The notes under the pieces: generated by a model | What the model saw: only the letters and a program-made list of their open reading frames with translations | What the model was told of the DNA's origin: nothing | Databases searched by the model: none | Position numbers and translations under genes: made by a program | Shown: positions 9,108-17,737 of the stretch, one piece after another | Numbering within the stretch: position 1 is the stretch's first letter | Layout of the letters: each line of letters begins with the position of its first letter | From: Idiomarina loihiensis L2TR | GTDB taxonomy: Bacteria; Pseudomonadota; Gammaproteobacteria; Enterobacterales; Alteromonadaceae | Assembly: GCF_000008465.1 (NCBI RefSeq) | Contig: NC_006512.1 | Span: forward strand, 2,640,001-2,672,000 | Direction: 5' to 3' | DNA: 32,000 nt

Positions 9108-9244
9108 TCCAAAAGCCGATTACTATTGCTAAAGTGGGCTCAAGTTGCGATAATCGCGCTTCTTTTCGTTGGGTTGGGGGACGTCTCCAGACACTCCGGA
9201 TTCGTGAGTTACAGCTAATTTTAACCAATGATGTAAGCAGGAAT

Positions 9245-9778
9245 ATGGCTGAGAAACGTAATATTTTTCTTGTTGGGCCCATGGGGGCTGGCAAAAGTAC
9301 GATTGGCCGTCAAATCGCCAGACAATTACATTTAGAGTTCTACGACTCAGATTCTGAAATTGAGCGCCGCACGGGTGCCGAAATCAGTTGGGTGTTCGAG
9401 CTTGAAGGTGAAGAAGGCTTTCGTGCACGCGAAGAAAAAGTGATCGAAGAGCTTACCGAAAACATGGGCATCGTCTTAGCGACAGGTGGCGGCTCGGTCA
9501 TGAGCAAAGAAAGCCGTAATCGGTTATCGGCTCGGGGTGTAGTGGTGTATTTAAAGACCCCTATCGAGAAGCAGTTGGCTCGTACCCAGCGTGATAAACG
9601 CCGGCCTCTAATTGCCGAAGCTGAAGACCCACGCAAAGTGCTTGAAGAACTGGCACAAGAGCGCGATCCTTTGTACGAAGAAATTGCCGACATTACGGTG
9701 CAAACCGATGAGCAAAGTGCAAAGTTTGTGGTCAACGACATTATCGAACAGCTTGAGTCCATTAACGGTCTTGGGTAA
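9245..9778 (+). CDS. aroK: Shikimate kinase I
   Basis: [25 protein letters not shown] contains a Walker A motif, and the size is typical for AroK. I chose the ATG at 9245 (AGGAAT upstream) over the ORF-track start at 9134. Synteny is pilQ-aroK-aroB. Confidence 0.95.
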
Positions 9779-9796
9779 GTAACAGGAGCTGCGTTC

Positions 9797-10870
9797 ATGG
9801 CTGAGGTTAACGTCTCTTTAGGTGAACGCAGCTACACCATCTACATTGGTAACGCCCTGTTACCCAATTATGTAGAGCGCCTTCCGCACAAACTTAATCA
9901 ACAACTGCTGGTCATCACCAACCCGACCATTAGTCAGTATTACCTTAAGCCGCTATTAAAAAGCCTTGCCGGTCATCAGGTAAAAGTGTTTGAAATGCGC
10001 GACGGTGAGCAGTTCAAAAGTCTGGACAGTTACGCCGAGGCCATGGATATTCTGATAGACGCAGGCTTTAACCGCGACTGTGGCATCATTGCCTTAGGCG
10101 GCGGTGTGGTAGGTGATTTAGCCGGCTTTGTGGCGTCAACTTTTCAACGCGGTGTCGATTTTTACCAAATTCCGACCACTTTATTGTCGCAGGTTGACTC
10201 TTCCGTGGGTGGAAAAACGGCGGTTAATCACCCCCAGGGCAAAAACCTGATTGGCGCTTTTTATCAGCCTAAGTCGGTGGTTATCGACATTGACTGCCTG
10301 CAAACGCTCACTGAGCGGGACTACCGCAGCGGTTTAGCCGAAATAGTAAAATACGGCGTTATCTACGACGCCGACTTTTTCCAATGGCTGGAACAACATG
10401 CCAAAGAATTAAATCAGCAAGACCCGGCCGCACTAACCTACGCTATTCAACGCAGCTGCGAAATTAAAGCCGAAGTTGTGGCGTTAGACGAGCGCGAAAA
10501 AGGCCTGCGGGCACTGCTGAATTTAGGCCACACCTTTGGTCATGCCATTGAAGCCGCCACCGAATACGGCGCATGGACACACGGCGAGGCTGTGGCTGCT
10601 GGCATTATAATTGCATCTAAGCTGTCAGAAGTGACACAGCGGCTCAATTCGTCAGATTTTCGACGCATTAAAGATTTACTGCTGGCACTTAGCTTGCCAA
10701 CAAAGGGTCCGCAAATGCCCTGGCAGGACTGGTTAGACTACATGCAGCGCGATAAGAAAGTAAAAGACGGTCAGCTGCATTTTGTTCTTCCGGTTGCTAT
10801 TGGTCAGGCTGAAGTTGTCAGTACTGTAGAACACAATACCGTTACTGCTGTGATCACTGAATGTTGCTAA
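9797..10870 (+). CDS. aroB: 3-dehydroquinate synthase
   Basis: 357 aa with motifs GGGVVGDLAGF, VDSSVGGKTAVN and NLGHTFGHAIE. AGGAG sits 8 nt upstream of the ATG. Confidence 0.95.
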   Translation: MAEVNVSLGERSYTIYIGNALLPNYVERLPHKLNQQLLVITNPTISQYYLKPLLKSLAGHQVKVFEMRDGEQFKSLDSYAEAMDILIDAGFNRDCGIIALGGGVVGDLAGFVASTFQRGVDFYQIPTTLLSQVDSSVGGKTAVNHPQGKNLIGAFYQPKSVVIDIDCLQTLTERDYRSGLAEIVKYGVIYDADFFQWLEQHAKELNQQDPAALTYAIQRSCEIKAEVVALDEREKGLRALLNLGHTFGHAIEAATEYGAWTHGEAVAAGIIIASKLSEVTQRLNSSDFRRIKDLLLALSLPTKGPQMPWQDWLDYMQRDKKVKDGQLHFVLPVAIGQAEVVSTVEHNTVTAVITECC

Positions 10871-10915
10871 CGCCAACGCGTTATCTCTATTCGGCTGACA
10901 GACAGGAACAGACAG

Positions 10916-12475
10916 ATGCAAGCACTTGCAAGCCCACAACATATTGTTGCCGCGCCGGTAAAAACCAAACCGAGCCAACAGCAGGTTATTGACCAGCTAC
11001 ACGAGCAATGCCAGCAGAGCGTGTCGCTTATTATGCTGCACGGTAAAGAAGGCAGCGGCAAAACCACCATTGCTGAAGTCTTTCTTGAACAAGCGTCAGA
11101 ATACGCTGAAGTCGCGTTTATCAGCGCCAACGAGCGCTCTACCAATGACCGCCTCCGCGCACAAATTCTGAACCAACTGTTCGGTACTATCAGCATTAAC
11201 GACGAGTCGTTAAGTCGTCAGATTCAGCGCCAGCGTCCGCTAAAGCACGCCATTGTTGTTATTGATAACGGCGAACAGCTATCCGAAAGCTTTATGGCCG
11301 AATGTATTTCTACCGTTACCCAACTGAGTGCCATTGGTCAGCGCACCAGTATTATCATTACCGGAGATAGTCGCTGGGCTCAACAGCAGCGTCCTGCACC
11401 GCACTTGCGGGTGCAGGGGCCAACCATGATAGAAGTCCAGCCACTGAACCACGACGAACAAATACGTTTTGTGCAGGCGTTATTACCAGAAAAACAACGC
11501 AGCTTCTGGAACCTGGAACGCATTCAGCAATTTTTAAATTCCATTCATGGGTTTCCCGGAGAAATTCAGCAACGTCTGCAATTTACTCTGACCACTCAGG
11601 CTGCCCGTTATCGCGATACCACGACAGACGAGAATGCCGACGGTAAAGACGCCAGCGAGCAGAGCACAGCAAAACATAGCCCGGAACAAAACAACCGTCG
11701 GAAAATGCGCCTTTGGCCCATTATTTTAGTTACAGTTGTTATTAGTCTGGCTTTTGCCGGCTTTTTGAATAAAGAACAGTTAACCGCCTATTGGCAGCAA
11801 GTGAACCCTGAATCAGCGGCACCGGCAGAAACGACCGCCGAAGAAACCACTAATACCGCCACCGAAGCCGCGCCGGAAGCAACAGAGCAAGCCGCCAGCC
11901 TGCCAAGTTTTGAGCCTTTAACCGAGCGTTCTTTAGAACTGGTTCCTGCAGAATTAGCGGCGTCTTACCGCAATGCGTTAGGTACATTAAACACCGTCGC
12001 GGCCTCTGAAATTACAGAGGGTGAAATTTCGCTGGGCTTCATTAAGCAACAACAGCCACAGGAAGCCGAGCCTGTCGGACAGTCTAACGAGCAGTCGGCG
12101 GCTGAGGCAGGCATTGATACCGTTGTAGCCCAACCGGAACCAGAAGTTAAAGCAGAACAACCTGAGCCACAACCGCAGCGCGCACTTCCATTCCAGACCC
12201 AATGGGCACTGGATCAGAACGCTGGCAGCTATACGCTGCAAATCAGCATTATCAGCGACCCGCAGCTACTGCGCGATTTCCGTAACGACTACGGCATAAC
12301 CGGTAATACCCAAGTTTACCAACGTGCCGACCAACGTTATGTGGTTATTTTTGGCAGCTACCCCAGCATTGAGCAAGCACGTGCAGCCGCCACGCAGTTG
12401 CCAGCTGAAGTGCAGCAAATGGAGCCCTGGGCTAAGTCATTTGCCAGTGTACAAAGCGACATTAATAGCCAGTAG
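10916..12475 (+). CDS. damX: DamX-like cell-division protein: N-terminal P-loop NTPase, TM helix, low-complexity linker, C-terminal SPOR domain
   Basis: It occupies the position between aroB and dam. Walker A is GKEGSGKTT and Walker B-like is AIVVIDNGEQL. The TM helix is LWPIILVTVVISLAFAGFL. The linker is rich in P, E, A and T. The C-terminus (GSYTLQISIISDPQ...RYVVIFGSYPSIEQARAAATQLP) fits the SPOR fold pattern. Confidence 0.8.
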   Translation: MQALASPQHIVAAPVKTKPSQQQVIDQLHEQCQQSVSLIMLHGKEGSGKTTIAEVFLEQASEYAEVAFISANERSTNDRLRAQILNQLFGTISINDESLSRQIQRQRPLKHAIVVIDNGEQLSESFMAECISTVTQLSAIGQRTSIIITGDSRWAQQQRPAPHLRVQGPTMIEVQPLNHDEQIRFVQALLPEKQRSFWNLERIQQFLNSIHGFPGEIQQRLQFTLTTQAARYRDTTTDENADGKDASEQSTAKHSPEQNNRRKMRLWPIILVTVVISLAFAGFLNKEQLTAYWQQVNPESAAPAETTAEETTNTATEAAPEATEQAASLPSFEPLTERSLELVPAELAASYRNALGTLNTVAASEITEGEISLGFIKQQQPQEAEPVGQSNEQSAAEAGIDTVVAQPEPEVKAEQPEPQPQRALPFQTQWALDQNAGSYTLQISIISDPQLLRDFRNDYGITGNTQVYQRADQRYVVIFGSYPSIEQARAAATQLPAEVQQMEPWAKSFASVQSDINSQ

Positions 12476-12499
12476 CCTGACGAATCACGCAGTCAGCAA

Positions 12500-12528
12500 T
12501 TTTCATCCCCCGGCCTTTGGGTTACAAT
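12500..12528 (+). promoter_or_regulatory. Candidate sigma70 promoter for dam
   Basis: TTTTCA (12500-12505), a 17-nt spacer, then TACAAT (12523-12528), ending 28 nt upstream of the dam ATG. This is pattern matching only. Confidence 0.25.
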
Positions 12529-12556
12529 CCGCAAAGGATAAACCAACGGCCGGCGC

Positions 12557-13429
12557 ATGAAGAAGAATCGGGCATTTTTAAAATGGGCAGGCGGTAAGTA
12601 CTCACTTATCGAGCCGATAACAGCACGCTTGCCGCAAGGTAAAAAGCTCATCGAGCCTTTTGTGGGCGCCGGTTCAGTCTTTCTGAATACCGACTACGAC
12701 AGCTACCTGCTGAACGACATTAATCAGGACCTCATTACCCTGTATCAGTTTGTGAAGCGCCGTCCGAAAACTTTTATTCAGGACGCCCGCAAACTCTTCG
12801 TTGATCGTAACAACCAGGCCGACGCTTATTACGCCCTGCGCGCCGCCTTTAATGCCAGCAGCGACCCTTACTTTCGCTCTCTGCTTTTTTTATATATGAA
12901 CCGCCACGGCTACAACGGCCTGTGTCGTTATAACAGCAAAGGCATTTTTAACGTGCCCTTTGGTGATTACCGCAAACCTTACTTCCCGGAAAAAGAACTC
13001 GAGCACTTTGCCGAGAAAGCGCGCAAGGCCAAGTTTATTTGCCGTCCATTTGAACAGGTTTTTCGACGTGCACGACAAGGCGATGTGATTTACTGCGACC
13101 CACCCTATGCACCGCTGGACCAGACCTCTAACTTTACCAGCTACGCCACCGGTGGCTTTGGCCTGACCGATCAGGACGAGTTAGCTCGCCGCGCGGTACA
13201 GGTTGCGAAGAAACGCCATATTCCGGTACTGATCAGTAACCACGACACCGACCTCACCCGCGCCTTGTACAAGCACGCCGATATCAGTAGCTTGTCGGTT
13301 TCGCGCAGCATCAGTCAAAAAGGCGACGGTCGCAAACCCGTAGCCGAGCTGCTCGCCTTATATGATAGCGAAGTCAATAAAAGTAACGTGGTTTCTCTTA
13401 GCAACTCATTGAAGAAAGTAGGCACATGA
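12557..13429 (+). CDS. dam: DNA adenine methyltransferase (GATC-specific Dam)
   Basis: 290 aa. The N-terminus is FLKWAGGKY. The SAM motif is EPFVGAGSVF and the catalytic motif is DPPY (CDPPYAP). Synteny is aroK-aroB-damX-dam. Confidence 0.93.
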   Translation: MKKNRAFLKWAGGKYSLIEPITARLPQGKKLIEPFVGAGSVFLNTDYDSYLLNDINQDLITLYQFVKRRPKTFIQDARKLFVDRNNQADAYYALRAAFNASSDPYFRSLLFLYMNRHGYNGLCRYNSKGIFNVPFGDYRKPYFPEKELEHFAEKARKAKFICRPFEQVFRRARQGDVIYCDPPYAPLDQTSNFTSYATGGFGLTDQDELARRAVQVAKKRHIPVLISNHDTDLTRALYKHADISSLSVSRSISQKGDGRKPVAELLALYDSEVNKSNVVSLSNSLKKVGT

Positions 13430-13878
13430 ACTGGAATTTAAAAGCATTTAACGACCTTTCACTGCATGATCTCTACGACTTACTGAAACTTCGGCAGGAA
13501 GTTTTTGTGGTAGAGCAAACCTGTCCTTACCTGGACGCTGACGGCGCCGATGAGCAGGCCTTACATTTGTACGCCCGCAACAATGCCGATGAGATGATCG
13601 CCTACGCCCGGCTATACCTGGCAACCGCCGATACCGGCTATTCTCGTATTGGCCGGGTAATAACGCACGAAAAAGTGCGAGGTCAGAAGCTGGGTGTTGA
13701 CGTTATGCAACGCAGCATCGACTATCTTGAAGAGTATGCCCCCAAAGCCCCGATTCGGGTCGGCGCTCAGGTTTATCTGTTAAAGTTCTACCAGAGCTTT
13801 GGCTTTGAGGCCATTAGCGAAGAGTATCTGGAAGACGATATTCCGCACATTGATATGCAACGTAAGGCCGCGCAGTGA
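13426..13878 (+). CDS. GNAT family N-acetyltransferase, ElaA-like
   Basis: 150 aa. LYDLLKLRQEVFVVEQTCPYLDADGADE matches the ElaA signature (VFVVEQ.CPY.D.DG.D) as I recall it. The ATGA start overlaps the dam stop. Confidence 0.8.
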   Translation: MNWNLKAFNDLSLHDLYDLLKLRQEVFVVEQTCPYLDADGADEQALHLYARNNADEMIAYARLYLATADTGYSRIGRVITHEKVRGQKLGVDVMQRSIDYLEEYAPKAPIRVGAQVYLLKFYQSFGFEAISEEYLEDDIPHIDMQRKAAQ

Positions 13879-14666
13879 CAACTACGGCTCGGGTTCCCAT
13901 TCTTGCAGACAGCGATGCTGAAACCGTTGCGGTAAAAGCCATTGCCGAGCGCTGGGGACTGCCGTTTGAAACCACGGATAATGACGTTTTTCAGCTGTGG
14001 CTGACCGAAGGGGTATTGGCGCTGCACTGGCTGCAAAGCCCACAGAAAATGTCGCCTTTAGTGGTGGACTTTCATCAGGGTAAAGCCGCCTATCGAGCTC
14101 AGAACACACAGTTAAAGAATGAAGCCATCGCCAAAGCGGTCGGCGTAACCGGGCAATTCAAACCCTCGGTTGTCGATGGAACCGCCGGCCTGGGGCGGGA
14201 CGCTTTTGTACTGGCGGGCTTAGGTTGTAATGTGCAGCTTATTGAACGGCATCCGGTTGTCGCAGCGCTGCTCGATAATGGCCTACACAGAGCCCAGAAG
14301 GAACACGACTTTATTGGTGACACCTGCCTGCGTATGCAGTTAATTGGCACCGACAACCTTTTTACCGGTAGTGGTTATACTCAAGAGCCCGACGTGGTCT
14401 ACTTAGACCCCATGTACCCGAAAACCGGCAAGCAAAAGGCCCAGGTAAAAAAAGACATGCAAATGTTCCAGCAACTGGTGGGCAGTGACGAAGACGCCGA
14501 TACCCTGCTGGAACCCGCCATCGCCCTGGCCAAATACCGAGTCGTAGTTAAGCGCCCTAACAGCGCACCTTTTCTGGCCGGGCGTGAACCAAACAGTCAA
14601 ATTAAGAGTAAAAAACATCGCTTTGATGTTTATATAAAACGAGGTTTTCATGAGTCAGCAAATTAA
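13875..14666 (+). CDS. rsmJ: 16S rRNA (guanine1516-N2)-methyltransferase RsmJ (YhiQ)
   Basis: 263 aa with motifs VVDGTAGLGRDAFVLA, VVYLDPMYP and VVVKRP, which are collinear with E. coli RsmJ. The GTG start overlaps the GNAT stop (GTGA). Confidence 0.88.
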   Translation: MTTTARVPILADSDAETVAVKAIAERWGLPFETTDNDVFQLWLTEGVLALHWLQSPQKMSPLVVDFHQGKAAYRAQNTQLKNEAIAKAVGVTGQFKPSVVDGTAGLGRDAFVLAGLGCNVQLIERHPVVAALLDNGLHRAQKEHDFIGDTCLRMQLIGTDNLFTGSGYTQEPDVVYLDPMYPKTGKQKAQVKKDMQMFQQLVGSDEDADTLLEPAIALAKYRVVVKRPNSAPFLAGREPNSQIKSKKHRFDVYIKRGFHESAN

Positions 14667-15141
14667 AGAAGGCGATAAAGTTCCATCAGGTTCACTGACC
14701 AGCAAAGGTGATCTTGGCATTCAGAACTACGACCCGGCAGAGATATTCGCCAAAGGCACACACGTACTGTTTTCAGTGCCTGGCGCATTTACTCCGACCT
14801 GTTCGGAGAAACACCTGCCCGGCTACGTAGAACACGCCGAAGCATTAAAAGAAGCGGGTGTTCTGAGCATTAATTGTGTGGCCGTAAACGACGCCTTTGT
14901 TATGAAGGCCTGGGGCGAGTCTTTAGGGATCGGAGAAAAGGTTCGGTTATTGTCTGACGGCAACGGCGCATACAACCAGATAATGGGCCTTAGCATGGAT
15001 ACCGGCAACTTCGGCGGCATACGTTCCAAGCGCTACGCCATGATTATTACCGACGGCCAGGTAAAGGGCCTGTTTGTTGAAGAGGACAAGTCCTTTGAAG
15101 TGAGCAAAGCCGAATACATACTGGAGCAGTTGCAGAAATAA
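14650..15141 (+). CDS. Prx5-type (atypical 2-Cys/1-Cys) peroxiredoxin
   Basis: 163 aa. VPGAFTPTCS is the peroxidatic Cys motif, and INCVAVNDAFVMKAWG is typical of PrxV/PrxD. A GAGG RBS precedes the start. The gene overlaps the rsmJ 3' end by 17 nt. Confidence 0.9.
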   Translation: MSQQIKEGDKVPSGSLTSKGDLGIQNYDPAEIFAKGTHVLFSVPGAFTPTCSEKHLPGYVEHAEALKEAGVLSINCVAVNDAFVMKAWGESLGIGEKVRLLSDGNGAYNQIMGLSMDTGNFGGIRSKRYAMIITDGQVKGLFVEEDKSFEVSKAEYILEQLQK

Positions 15142-16322
15142 TGTCGAACTGGGATGTGATTATTATTGGTGCCGGCGCGGCGGGGTTGCACTGCGCCGCT
15201 CATGCCGCACAGCGCGGTAAGTCGGTACTGGTATTGGATCACGCCAAGCAGGCAGGCAAAAAGATACTGATTTCCGGCGGCGGCCGCTGCAACTTCACCA
15301 ATATGTACGCCGGCCCCGAGAACTTTCTGTCTTCCAACCCGCATTTCTGCAAGTCGGCACTCAGCCGCTACACCCAATGGGACTTCATTGGCCTGGTGGG
15401 CGAATACGGCATTGCCTACCACGAAAAAACCTTAGGCCAGTTGTTTTGCGACGACTCCGCCAAAGACATTGTGCGCATGCTAATGAGCGAATGCGACCGG
15501 CACGGCGCCAAAGTTCAGTTACGCACCGAGATTGTGTCAGTAGACTATGACAGCAACTACCGCATTGAAACCAGCCGTGGCGACTATAGCTGCGAGAAGC
15601 TGGTTGTTGCCTGTGGTGGGTTGTCTATGCCCAAACTGGGAGCGACTCCGCTGGGGTATCAAATTGCCGAACAGTTTGGGCATTCCATTGTGCCGGTACG
15701 CGCCGGTTTAGTGCCTTTTACTCTCCAGGACGACGAAAAGGCCCGCTTTGCCGAGCTTTCAGGTGTGGCCGTACCCGTAAGCGCAGAAGCCCACGACGGC
15801 TATTTCCGAGAAGCCATGCTGTTTACCCACCGTGGCGTCAGCGGACCGGCCATTTTGCAGATTTCCTCCTACTGGCAGCCCGGCGAAGCCGTTACCATTA
15901 ACTTGTTGCCCGACTTAGACGCCTTTGAGTGGCTGAAAACACAACAACAGCAGCAACCCAAAACCCAGCTTAATACCGTATTGCAGCAACACTTCCCCAA
16001 ACGCGTAGTAACCGCACTAGCAGAGCACCACCAATGGCCGCTGAACAACAAACTGGCCGACACCTCTAACGCACAATTTCAGGCCATAGCCGACAACCTT
16101 AACCGCTGGCAGCTAAAACCCAACGGCACCGAAGGCTACCGCACCGCCGAAGTCACCTTGGGTGGCGTTAACGTCGACGAAGTCAGCTCCAAAACCATGG
16201 AAAGCCAGAAACAACCCAGCCTGTACTTTATTGGCGAAGTGCTGGACGTAACCGGCTGGTTGGGAGGATTCAACTTTCAGTGGGCCTGGAGTAGTGGTTA
16301 TGCTTGTGGGTCTGAGTTGTAG
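15141..16322 (+). CDS. YhiN/BaiN-family NAD(P)/FAD-dependent oxidoreductase
   Basis: 393 aa. DVIIIGAGAAGL is the FAD GxGxxG motif. ISGGGRCNFTN and the C-terminal GEVLDVTGWLGGFNFQWAWSSG are signatures of the family. TAATG overlaps the previous stop. Confidence 0.85.
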   Translation: MSNWDVIIIGAGAAGLHCAAHAAQRGKSVLVLDHAKQAGKKILISGGGRCNFTNMYAGPENFLSSNPHFCKSALSRYTQWDFIGLVGEYGIAYHEKTLGQLFCDDSAKDIVRMLMSECDRHGAKVQLRTEIVSVDYDSNYRIETSRGDYSCEKLVVACGGLSMPKLGATPLGYQIAEQFGHSIVPVRAGLVPFTLQDDEKARFAELSGVAVPVSAEAHDGYFREAMLFTHRGVSGPAILQISSYWQPGEAVTINLLPDLDAFEWLKTQQQQQPKTQLNTVLQQHFPKRVVTALAEHHQWPLNNKLADTSNAQFQAIADNLNRWQLKPNGTEGYRTAEVTLGGVNVDEVSSKTMESQKQPSLYFIGEVLDVTGWLGGFNFQWAWSSGYACGSEL

Positions 16323-16547
16323 GTAACTTTCAGGGAGAGCGTTTATACGGGTTAGTTCCGCTTTGTGCCAAGAACGTACATCGACGCTTTAACCACGCAC
16401 GATTTAATCGTCACTGAGGCTTTCTCTATTGTTTCCGAGAAATCATTAACTGTTTTTTCGACAATCTCGGAAGATGGATCTGCGGCAAAATGAGCAAATA
16501 TGAGCAGTAAATCATCTCTGTATATAAATCATGAAGGCCGCAGAACA

Positions 16548-17132
16548 TTAAACCAGCATCGGCAAAGTAGAGCCGACCAAGATCAACGCCATACTCCAGT
16601 TAAAAAGGCGCATGTGCAATTCCTGCTTTAACACTCGACTGATTTTCTTGCCTGCGTACGCCCAAATAGAGGCGGAAGGCATATTCACAAATATAAACGC
16701 CAGTGTGACCAAAGTCAGTCCAAACAAACTTGCTGTCGGGTTATAAAGGCTCACCGCCGATAAAGCCATCGTCCAACCTTTTGGATTTATCCATTGAAAT
16801 AAAACAGCGGCCGAGAACGTCATCGGCTGATATGAAGCGCTCTCCACTTGCGGACGACTACGCGCAATTTTTAATGCAATGTAAACTAGAAACACGCCAC
16901 AAATCACGCGCAGCGCATCATGAATTTTAGGGAAAGTCTTAAAAACCTCGGCTAAACCCAGTCCCACTAAAAAAATCATAAGGCCAAAGCCAAAGATGAC
17001 GCCCAACATATGGGGAATAGTCCGTCTAAAGCCTACGTTGGCACCCGAGGCCATCAACATCATGTTATTAGGGCCGGGTGTAAAGGTAGAAACGAAAGCG
17101 AATAGCAAAAGCGCTAGTAATGACTGATCCAT
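16548..17132 (-). CDS. LysE/RhtB-family amino-acid exporter
   Basis: The N-terminus has the family motif FTPGPNN and about 6 TM helices. The ORF track extends to 17165. I prefer the ATG at 17132 (MDQSLLALLLF..., 194 aa) as the typical family N-terminus, but the start is uncertain. Confidence 0.85.
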   Translation of the reverse strand: MDQSLLALLLFAFVSTFTPGPNNMMLMASGANVGFRRTIPHMLGVIFGFGLMIFLVGLGLAEVFKTFPKIHDALRVICGVFLVYIALKIARSRPQVESASYQPMTFSAAVLFQWINPKGWTMALSAVSLYNPTASLFGLTLVTLAFIFVNMPSASIWAYAGKKISRVLKQELHMRLFNWSMALILVGSTLPMLV

Positions 17133-17240
17133 GACAGCAACCTTTCTCAGTAAAATATGGCGCATAGAATAACTGGAATACTATGAAATTTTGTGCTTTT
17201 ATTGCCACTAAGGTAGAAAATTAAGAAATAATATTCTCAC

Positions 17241-17684
17241 ATGGATAAATTTGACGAAAAGATATTGCAAGAACTGAAAAGCGATGGGCGAATTTCCAAT
17301 ATCAAACTGTCAGAGCGTATTGGATTATCGCCGTCGGCAACATTTCGGCGAGTACAGGAACTTGAACGCAAGCGCGTTATCAAAGGCTATCGCGTAATTT
17401 TAGACCCTGAGCAGCTCCAAATCGGTTTTGTCGCATTCGTCACCATTGGCTTAAGTGACCACCGCAGAAGCTCGCAGCTAGCTTTTGAGCAACACGTTGC
17501 AGATGTACCCGAAGTTGTTGAGTGCCACAACGTAACAGGAACCCACGAATATCTGTTACGCGTTGAGGCAACTGACCTCAAACATTTTCAACGCATACAC
17601 TCCAACGTGCTGGGTGAGTGCCCACATGTCAATGCCATAACCACAATGGTTGTGATGGAGTCATCAAAAGATCAGCGCAGTTGA
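17241..17684 (+). CDS. Lrp/AsnC-family transcriptional regulator
   Basis: 147 aa. ILQELKSDGRISNIKLSERIGLSPSATFRRVQELE is the HTH_AsnC region, followed by a C-terminal RAM/AsnC_trans_reg domain. It is divergent from the LysE exporter, which is a classic regulator/exporter pair. Confidence 0.9.
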   Translation: MDKFDEKILQELKSDGRISNIKLSERIGLSPSATFRRVQELERKRVIKGYRVILDPEQLQIGFVAFVTIGLSDHRRSSQLAFEQHVADVPEVVECHNVTGTHEYLLRVEATDLKHFQRIHSNVLGECPHVNAITTMVVMESSKDQRS

Positions 17685-17737
17685 ATTAGGTAGAAACCGA
17701 AGGTCCTTTCCTCGCTCAAAGCTGACAGAAAAATTTC

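Noticed and set aside
9179-9186. GGACGTCT, a 7/8 met-box upstream of aroK
   Set aside because: It is a single octamer with no adjacent second box (the neighbours match 1-3/8). MetJ needs at least two tandem boxes, so this is probably chance.
9134-9244. Upstream extension of aroK from the ORF-track start
   Set aside because: AroK begins a few residues before the [10 protein letters not shown]-loop. The extension ([16 protein letters not shown]...) has no homology-like features, and the ATG at 9245 has an AGGA-type RBS.
9340-9798. 152-aa ORF antisense to aroK
   Set aside because: It is a shadow ORF of a highly conserved gene, with Ser/Arg-rich low-complexity translation.
10867-11196. 109-aa minus-strand ORF across the aroB/damX junction
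   Set aside because: It is antisense to the damX P-loop region, is Cys/Ser-rich, and has no start context. It is a shadow ORF.
12324-12560. 78-aa plus-strand ORF bridging the damX 3' end and the dam start
   Set aside because: It is an alternative frame of the SPOR-domain coding region with a GTG start and no RBS. The damX frame has clear domain features.
15033-15422. 129-aa ORF antisense to the prx/yhiN junction
   Set aside because: It is antisense to two well-supported genes, with Ala/Gly-rich shadow composition.
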